A stretch of DNA of 64,000 nucleotides from contig JBBSLL010000007.1 in assembly GCA_038255255.1 (NCBI GenBank), positions 2,334 through 66,333 on the forward strand, read 5' to 3'. Below, piece after piece: positions 57,485-64,000 of this stretch (positions within the stretch are counted from its first letter, which is position 1; each line of letters starts with the position of its first letter). A model generated the notes under the pieces. It was not told where the DNA came from and ran no database searches. It saw nothing but the letters and a program-made list of their open reading frames with translations. The position numbers and the translations under genes are program-made. The stretch comes from Lysobacterales bacterium. GTDB lineage: Bacteria > Pseudomonadota > Gammaproteobacteria > Xanthomonadales > Ahniellaceae.

Positions 57485-57832
57485 ATGATCCACCAGGGCA
57501 GTTGTCACTGTGGCAAGGTCGCCTTCGAGGTCGAGGGCGACATCGATGGCGCGATGAGCTGCAACTGCTCGATGTGCTCGCGCAGGGGTTCCTTGCTCTG
57601 GTTCGTGCCGCGTGACGCGCTGCGCGTGCAGACCCCCGAAGCCGAAATCGGCAACTACACGTTCAACAAGCACGTGATCCAGCATCGCTTCTGCACGACC
57701 TGCGGGATCCATCCCTACGGCGATGGGGTCGATCCGCAAGGCAACCGCATGGCGGCCATCAACCTGCGCTGCGTCGAAGGTCTCGAGCTCGAATCCATTC
57801 CGGTCAGGCACTTCGACGGACGATCGTTGTAA
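57485..57832 (+). CDS. GFA (glutathione-dependent formaldehyde-activating / CENP-V) family protein
   Basis: Cys pattern CHCGKV...CNCSMC...CTTCG is typical of the GFA zinc sites. 115 aa. Confidence 0.88.
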   Translation: MIHQGSCHCGKVAFEVEGDIDGAMSCNCSMCSRRGSLLWFVPRDALRVQTPEAEIGNYTFNKHVIQHRFCTTCGIHPYGDGVDPQGNRMAAINLRCVEGLELESIPVRHFDGRSL

Positions 57833-57967
57833 CAACTGAGCCGGCGCCGCGCGCGTCAGCGTTGCGCCCCTTCTCCGTCGCATTGGCGCGCTTGAATTGC
57901 CACATGCGCTCGGCAACGATGGGCGCGCCCGCTGCGCCTTCGACGCCGGGCTGGGGACCAAGCCTCG

Positions 57968-60900
57968 ATGGACGTTTTCCGTGAGATGTTCCGGGCGCTC
58001 GGCGCGCTGTTCGCTGGCATCTTCGGCGCGGTTTCATGGCGAGCACCCGCGTGGCTCACCGGCGCGCGCGCAGGACTCGCCGCCGCCGAAGCGAAGGCGC
58101 GCCGGCATCCGCGCGAGTCGCTCGGCATCGCCGGCGGCGTACTCGCTCTCCTGCTGATCGGCTGGGTGGGATACCGCTGGTACCAGGATCGTCCGCGCCC
58201 GCCCCAGCCCGTTGAGATCGCGTTCCAGGTGACGCCGCCAGCGCCCACGGACTACTCCGGAGAGTTTCCGGCAGTGAACGTTTTGCGCGTGACGTTCGAC
58301 GGGTCCGTCGCGCCGATCGAAAAGGTGGGCAAGGAGGTGCTCGAAGGCATCCGCGCCAAACCCGCGCTCGACGGGACGTGGCAGTGGGAGGGTGATCGTG
58401 TCCTCGAGTTCACGCCGAAGCACGACTGGCCCATCGGGCAGGACGTCAAGGTCGCCTTCGATGTTGCGGTGATGTTCGCGCCGCAGGTGCGGGTGAAGGA
58501 ACACGATTTTGATTTCACCACTCCCGCGTTCGGGGTGAACGTGGCCGAGTCCGAGTTCTACCAGGACCCACAGGACCCGCTGCTCAAGAAGGTGATCGTC
58601 GCCTTCGGCTTCAGCCACCCGGTCGACGTCGCAAGCTTCGAGAAGCGCCTCGGCATCCTGCTGAGCGACCGCAAGGGCAAGCCGAAGAAGCGCGCGTTCA
58701 CCGTTACCTATGACGAAAAGAAGCTCAAGGGCTTCGTGCATTCCGAGCGCCTGAGCCTGCCGCTCGAAGCGCAGGACCTCATCGTCACGCTCGCAGGGGG
58801 CGTGCGCGCCGCACGCGGCGGTCGCGCCACCGGGACTCCGGTCGAGTCGCGCGTCCCGGTGCCGGGGCTTTACAGCCTCTCCGTGTCCGGGGTCGAGCCC
58901 ACGCTCGTCGACAACGCGCGCTTCGAGCCCGAACAGATCGTGGTCGTCAGCTTCTCGCAATCGGTTTCCGAAAGCGAAGCCAAGCGCACCACGCGCGCGT
59001 GGCTGCTGCCGCTGCAGCATCCGGATCCGGCAAAACGCGTCCGCAATCGGCCTTACGACTGGAACACGGATGAAGTGAGCGAGAGTGTGCTCGCGCAGTC
59101 CGAGCCGCTGCCGCTCGATCCGATCGCCTCGGAATCCGAACACGCCGAAGTGCACAGTTTCCGCTACCAGGCGGATGTGGGGCGTTTCGTATTCCTGCGC
59201 GTCAACCGGGGACTGAAATCCTTTGGCGGTTACATCCTCGGCAAGCACGATTCGCGCGTGGTGCAGGTGCCACCTTTCCCGCAGACCCTGCGCTTCCTCG
59301 GCGAAGGCTCGCTGCTGGCGCTGAGCGGCGAGAAGCGCGTCGCCGTGGTCGCACGCAACATGCCCGGCATGAAATTCGAGGTCTCGCAGCTGCTGCCGCA
59401 GCAGCTCCAGCATCTGGTGGGGTTCAACAACGGCACGTACCAGCTTCCCGAGCTCGGCGCGATGAGTCCGGAACAGATCACCGAACGGTTCGTGCAGAAG
59501 ATCGCGTTCCCCGCGATCGGTCCGAGCAAGGCGCACTACCAGGGCGTCGACCTTTCCGAATACCTCGCAAGGTCCGGTCGTCGCGGCATCTTCCTGTTGC
59601 GCCTTTATCAGCACGACCCTGCGCGGCCGCAACATGACGACAACGACTGGGACGGCGAGCTGTTCGATTCTCGCCTCGTCGTGCTGACCGATCTTGGCCT
59701 CGTACTCAAGAAATCGAAGGACGGCAGTCTCGATGTGTTCGTGCAGTCGATCGCCGACGGTGCGCCTGTCGGGTCCGCGAAAGTCGAGGTGCTGGGGCGC
59801 AATGGCGAAACCATCGCGAGCGTGCTGGCCGATGCCGACGGCCGCGCCCGTATTGAACCCCTGCATGCCTTCAGGCGCGACAAGGCGCCCGCACTCGTCA
59901 CAGTGTCGCGCGGCGAGGACCTCTCGTTCCTTCCCCTGGATTCTTCCGATCGGCAACTCGATTACTCGCGCTTTGACGTCGGCGGCATCGAGAGTGCGAG
60001 CGAAGCCGGAAGCCTTTCAGCGCATCTCTTCTCCGACCGCGGCCTCTACCGACCCGGCGATACCTTCCACATCGGCATGATCGTCCGCGCCGCCGACTGG
60101 AGCCGGTCGCTCGATGCCCTGCCGCTGCAGGTCGAGGTTTTCGACCCGAACGGACTTCGAGTCGACAAGAAACTCTTCCCGGTCGGCCCCATGGGTTTCG
60201 AGGAGATGCGTTTCACGCCTGCCGAAAGCGCACCGACCGGCACGTATTCCATCAACCTGTCGCTCATCGAGCGCGCCAACCAGATCCGAACCATCGGTTC
60301 AACGACGGTCGAGGTCAAGGAATTCCTGCCCGACCGCATGAAGGCCACGGCCACGCTATCGAGCGCGGCCACCGAAGGCTGGGTCAAACCCGATGGGCTG
60401 GCTTCGCGCGTGCTGCTGCAGAACCTGTTCGGCACGCCGGCGCAGGATCGACGCGTCACGGCGAAGCTGACGCTCGCGCCGATCTTCCCCGAGTTCGCGA
60501 GCCATCCGGGCTACCGTTTCTTCGACCCGCGCCACGCCAAGGAACCGGTCTCCGAGAATCTCGGTGAAGCGAAGACCAACACCGAAGGCGAAGCGGTGTT
60601 TCCGCTCAAGCTCGAACGCTTCGTCAACGCGACCTATCGACTGCATTTCCTCGCGCAGGGTTTCGAGGCCGAAGGAGGGCGCAGCGTCGCGTCCGAGATC
60701 GCCACCATGGTCTCGCCGGTCGACTACCTCGTTGGCGCCAAGACCGACGGCGAGCTCGACTACGTGGAGCGCGGCGCGGAGCGCTTCGCCGAGTTCATCG
60801 CGGTCGACCCGACTGCGAAACGCACGGATGTGGCCGGGCTCAAGGTCGCGTTGGTGGAACGGCGCTTCGTATCAGTACTCACCAAGCAGGATTCGGGTGT

Positions 60901-63880
60901 CTACAAGTACGAATCGCGTCCGAAGGAAATCGACGTGTCCGAAAAACCGGTCGCGTTGATCGCCGCGGGCATCAAGCTGCCACTCGATACCTCGAAGCCC
61001 GGCAGCTACGCGCTGGTGATCCGCAACGCCGCGGGCGATGAACTCAACCGCGTCGCCTACTCGGTGGCAGGCGACGCCAACCTGACGCGCTCGCTCGAGC
61101 GCAACGCGGAGCTCGAGCTCAAGCTCTCGAAGCCCGACTACGCCGCAGGCGAAGAGATCGAGATTTCGATCCGCGCGCCGTATGCGGGCACCGGGCTCAT
61201 CACCATCGAACGCGAGCGCGTGTTCGCGCATGCCTGGTTCAAGGCCGACACCACGGCTTCGGTGCAACGCATCCGCATCCCGGAGGGTTTCGAAGGCAAC
61301 GGGTACATCAATGTCGAGTTCATGCGCGATCCCGCGTCGAGCGAGATCTTCATGAGCCCGATGAGCTATGGCATAGCGCCGTTCTCGGTCGACCGGCAGG
61401 CGCGCCGCGCGCTCGTCAACGTCGACACGCCTGCGCTGGTCAAGCCCGGCAACAAACTCAACATGAAAGTCGAAGTCGGGGCGCCGTCGCGCGTCGTGGT
61501 GTTCGCGGTCGACGAGGGCATCCTGCAGGTCGCGCGCTACACGCTCAGCGATCCGCTCGACCATTTCTTCAGAAAGCGCATGCTCGAAGTCGAGACCAGC
61601 CAGATCCTGGACCTCATCCTGCCCGAGTTCGCCAAACTCATGAGCATGGCGGCGCCCGGCGGCGATGCCGACGGCATGCTCGGCCGCAACCTCAACCCGT
61701 TCAAGAAGAGGCGCGCGGTGCCCGTGGTGTTCTGGTCGGGCCTCATGGACGTCGAGAAGGCCAGGACGCTCGAGTGGGTCGTCCCCGAGGACTTCAACGG
61801 CAAGCTGCGCACCATGGCGGTCGCGGTGACGGCCGACCGGATGGGCATCTTCGAGGGCGCGACCACGGTGCGCGGCGACTTCGTGCTGTCGCCGAACGTG
61901 CCCGCGATAGTCGCGCCGGGTGACGAGTTCGAGGTCAGTGTCGGCGTCGCCAATAACGTCATGGGCCTGATCGGCAAGACACTACCCATCACCGTTGCGC
62001 TGGCGCCGTCACAACAGGTTGTGGCAGTCGGCGCATCGGCAAAGACCCTGTCGCTCGCCGAAATGCGCGAAGGCGTGGCGGTGTTCCGCCTGAAGGCACG
62101 CGGCGAACCCGGTGTTGCGGCATTGCGGTTCACGGCCAGCAGCGGGCGCTACTCGGCGAAACAGTCCGTCGAGATCTCGGTGCGACCCGCCGTGCCGTAT
62201 CGGGTCGAAGTGGCGACCGGCGAGCTCGGCAAGGGCGCGGTGGACGTCAAACCGTTGCGCGCGATGTTCGAGCCGTTCGCCAAGCGCCAGGCCTCGGTGT
62301 CGCACGTGCCGCTGGTGCTGACGCGCGGACTCAGCGCCTATCTGCACGATTTTCCGCACGCCTGCACCGAGCAGTTACTTAGCCAGGGCATCCCCGGCCT
62401 CGTGTTCGAGACGCGACCCGAGTTCGCGACGACGGCAACCGGCACGGCCGCCGCGACGCCCGCACAGAGCTTCGATGCATTGCTCGCGGTGCTGCGCACG
62501 CGCCAGAACGCCGAGGGCGGCTTTGGCCTCTGGACGGCGACGCCCGACTCCGAGCGCTATGTTTCCGCGTACGCGATCCAGTTCCTGCTCGAGGCGAAGG
62601 AACGTGGCCGCGCGGTGCCCGCTGACATGCTCGAACGCGGCAGCAATTACCTTGCGCAGCTTGCGGCGGACGAGAGCGACCTGTCGCTCGCGGGCCTGCG
62701 CGAACGCGCGTTCGCGGTCTACCTGCTGACGCGGCAGGCCAGGGTCGCAACTGCGCAGCTGGCGCTGGTGCGGCAGCGGCTCGAGGAAGGCCATGCGAAG
62801 ACGTGGCGCAGCGACATCGCTGCCGCGTATCTCGCAGCCAGCCTCCGCTTGCTCAAGCAGGATCGTGAAGCGGCGTTGCTGGTCAAGGGTCCGGAAGCCG
62901 TGCTGAGGCGCAAGGCTTCCGCGCTGGCTTACCACTACGAGCGGTACCACGATCCGGTAATCGCCGATGCCACGACGCTGTACCTGGTGGCGCGGCACTT
63001 TCCGGATCGCGCGCAGGCGCTGCCGGGAGATGCGATCGGGAACATCGTGGGTGCACTGCAGCGCGGCTGGTACAACACGCTGTCGTCGGCAATGACGGTG
63101 CTGGCGCTGGACGCCTACGCCGGTGCCGGGTCTCCGTCGGACAGCGCGAGCCTCGGCATGCTCGAAGTGATGGCGGATGGCAAGTCACGCAACTTCGGCG
63201 AGATGCAGGGACTGCTGCTGCGGGGAGACTTCAGCGGCGCCGCGCGTGCGCTCCAGTTCGCCAACAATGCGGACTTGCGCGCCTGGTACAGCGTCAGCCA
63301 GTCCGGCTTCGATCGCGTCCTCCCGACTGTCGTGCGCAAGGAAGGTCTCGAAGTGGTGCGCGACTTCACCGATGCCACGGGCAAGCCAGTCACGCGCGTC
63401 AAGCTCGGCGAGGAGATCCAGGTGCACGTCAGGATCCGTGCCACGCGTTCCGAGGGCATCGACAACATCGTGATCGTGGATCTGCTGCCCGGTGGCTTCG
63501 AGCCGGTACAGGAGTTCCGCGCGGCGCCGTCGCCCGACGACGCACCGGGCGGCGACGGCAATGCCGACGACGGTGACGGCGATAGCCACGGAGGTGACGA
63601 TCACGGCGATGGCGACGAAAGCGCAGGCGAAGAAGCCGCACCGGCATGGCAGTCGCCTGTTGGCCTCGCCAGTTCGACTTGGCAACCGGACTACGCCGAT
63701 GTCCGCGACGACCGCGTCGTGATCTATGGCTACGCCGACACCACCGTGCAGACGTTCGTGTATCGCATCAAGGCCACCAACGTCGGCAACTTCCTGGTGC
63801 CGCCCGCATACGGCGAATCGCTGTACGACCGCACGGTGCAGGCGCAGTCGCTCGGCAGCCGCATCGAGGTGGTGCGGTGA
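57968..63880 (+). CDS. Alpha-2-macroglobulin family protein (1970 aa), TM-anchored, with thioester motif
   Basis: N-terminal TM segment (LGIAGGVLALLLIGWVGY), long runs of MG-like beta domains, and the thioester motif CTEQ at 62363-62374 (DFPHACTEQLLSQG). An acidic low-complexity insert lies near the C-terminus. Confidence 0.93.
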   Translation: MDVFREMFRALGALFAGIFGAVSWRAPAWLTGARAGLAAAEAKARRHPRESLGIAGGVLALLLIGWVGYRWYQDRPRPPQPVEIAFQVTPPAPTDYSGEFPAVNVLRVTFDGSVAPIEKVGKEVLEGIRAKPALDGTWQWEGDRVLEFTPKHDWPIGQDVKVAFDVAVMFAPQVRVKEHDFDFTTPAFGVNVAESEFYQDPQDPLLKKVIVAFGFSHPVDVASFEKRLGILLSDRKGKPKKRAFTVTYDEKKLKGFVHSERLSLPLEAQDLIVTLAGGVRAARGGRATGTPVESRVPVPGLYSLSVSGVEPTLVDNARFEPEQIVVVSFSQSVSESEAKRTTRAWLLPLQHPDPAKRVRNRPYDWNTDEVSESVLAQSEPLPLDPIASESEHAEVHSFRYQADVGRFVFLRVNRGLKSFGGYILGKHDSRVVQVPPFPQTLRFLGEGSLLALSGEKRVAVVARNMPGMKFEVSQLLPQQLQHLVGFNNGTYQLPELGAMSPEQITERFVQKIAFPAIGPSKAHYQGVDLSEYLARSGRRGIFLLRLYQHDPARPQHDDNDWDGELFDSRLVVLTDLGLVLKKSKDGSLDVFVQSIADGAPVGSAKVEVLGRNGETIASVLADADGRARIEPLHAFRRDKAPALVTVSRGEDLSFLPLDSSDRQLDYSRFDVGGIESASEAGSLSAHLFSDRGLYRPGDTFHIGMIVRAADWSRSLDALPLQVEVFDPNGLRVDKKLFPVGPMGFEEMRFTPAESAPTGTYSINLSLIERANQIRTIGSTTVEVKEFLPDRMKATATLSSAATEGWVKPDGLASRVLLQNLFGTPAQDRRVTAKLTLAPIFPEFASHPGYRFFDPRHAKEPVSENLGEAKTNTEGEAVFPLKLERFVNATYRLHFLAQGFEAEGGRSVASEIATMVSPVDYLVGAKTDGELDYVERGAERFAEFIAVDPTAKRTDVAGLKVALVERRFVSVLTKQDSGVYKYESRPKEIDVSEKPVALIAAGIKLPLDTSKPGSYALVIRNAAGDELNRVAYSVAGDANLTRSLERNAELELKLSKPDYAAGEEIEISIRAPYAGTGLITIERERVFAHAWFKADTTASVQRIRIPEGFEGNGYINVEFMRDPASSEIFMSPMSYGIAPFSVDRQARRALVNVDTPALVKPGNKLNMKVEVGAPSRVVVFAVDEGILQVARYTLSDPLDHFFRKRMLEVETSQILDLILPEFAKLMSMAAPGGDADGMLGRNLNPFKKRRAVPVVFWSGLMDVEKARTLEWVVPEDFNGKLRTMAVAVTADRMGIFEGATTVRGDFVLSPNVPAIVAPGDEFEVSVGVANNVMGLIGKTLPITVALAPSQQVVAVGASAKTLSLAEMREGVAVFRLKARGEPGVAALRFTASSGRYSAKQSVEISVRPAVPYRVEVATGELGKGAVDVKPLRAMFEPFAKRQASVSHVPLVLTRGLSAYLHDFPHACTEQLLSQGIPGLVFETRPEFATTATGTAAATPAQSFDALLAVLRTRQNAEGGFGLWTATPDSERYVSAYAIQFLLEAKERGRAVPADMLERGSNYLAQLAADESDLSLAGLRERAFAVYLLTRQARVATAQLALVRQRLEEGHAKTWRSDIAAAYLAASLRLLKQDREAALLVKGPEAVLRRKASALAYHYERYHDPVIADATTLYLVARHFPDRAQALPGDAIGNIVGALQRGWYNTLSSAMTVLALDAYAGAGSPSDSASLGMLEVMADGKSRNFGEMQGLLLRGDFSGAARALQFANNADLRAWYSVSQSGFDRVLPTVVRKEGLEVVRDFTDATGKPVTRVKLGEEIQVHVRIRATRSEGIDNIVIVDLLPGGFEPVQEFRAAPSPDDAPGGDGNADDGDGDSHGGDDHGDGDESAGEEAAPAWQSPVGLASSTWQPDYADVRDDRVVIYGYADTTVQTFVYRIKATNVGNFLVPPAYGESLYDRTVQAQSLGSRIEVVR

Positions 63881-63923
63881 TGCGGCGCACGCAACGAGCT
63901 GGTGCGGTGATGCGGCGCAAGCA
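63870..63923 (+). repeat. 30-bp tandem duplication spanning the A2M stop codon
   Basis: ggtgcggtgatgcggcgca occurs at 63871-63889 and again at 63901-63919. Confidence 0.9.
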
Positions 63924-63933
63924 GCAAGGGTGC

Positions 63934-64000
63934 GCCGCGTTGCTTACCCTCGCCCCGTGAAAACGGGGAGAGGGTGGCGCGAAGCGCCGGGTGAGGGGCT
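63934..64000. repeat. Family-C repeat, inverted copy, truncated by the window end
   Basis: The reverse complement reads agcccctcacccggcgcttcgcgccaccctctccccgttttcacggggcgagggtaagcaa. It matches 28482-28514 with one mismatch over 33 nt, and also matches the cggggcgagggtaagc end of that element. Confidence 0.8.

Overview
GC-rich, strongly GC3-biased proteobacterial chromosome segment. Gene order such as lptM-dapF-DUF484-xerC, hslVU, gpmI-envC-ctpA and exeAB, together with GTAG-headed REPs, suggests a Xanthomonadales/Nevskiales-like gammaproteobacterium; that assignment is inference only. I support about 50 protein-coding genes, mostly housekeeping or envelope functions. These include putA, blc, exeA/gspB, a rhomboid protease, ctpA, envC, gpmI, an ABC exporter, ubiE, hslVU, xerC, dapF, lptM, oligopeptidase B, sodC, several secreted peptidases and beta-propeller proteins, two transporters, a nitrilase and a 1970-aa thioester alpha-2-macroglobulin. 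I found no rRNA, tRNA, CRISPR array, IS element, transposase or prophage. The many long ORFs antisense to these genes are high-GC artefacts. Items worth a second look: (1) a cytoplasm-facing (no Tat leader) molybdopterin/FeS/DmsC-like oxidoreductase operon resembling SoeABC, with a DsbA-fold isomerase gene wedged between the A and B subunits and a flavoprotein fused to the operon end; (2) a ~150-bp, ~98% identical direct repeat carrying the last 21 codons of a BNR-propeller gene plus a REP doublet, which brackets a small PEGA-lipoprotein gene in a cassette-like R-X-R structure; (3) three intergenic repeat families, two of them GTAG-headed REPs and one a ~125-bp MITE-like element with compensatory hairpin variation, including REPs inside the hslV-hslU operon and a 3 x 48-bp REP array; (4) an in-frame 4 x 24-bp minisatellite inside gpmI; (5) a 29-bp-stem hairpin exactly filling the envC-ctpA spacer; (6) a shared C-terminal ...LFxxxFE-COOH tail on two secreted propeller proteins; (7) three eukaryote-like signalling proteins: a Hanks kinase, a RIO kinase and a GAF-PP2C phosphatase. 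All functional calls come from motif recognition by eye. No database search was run.
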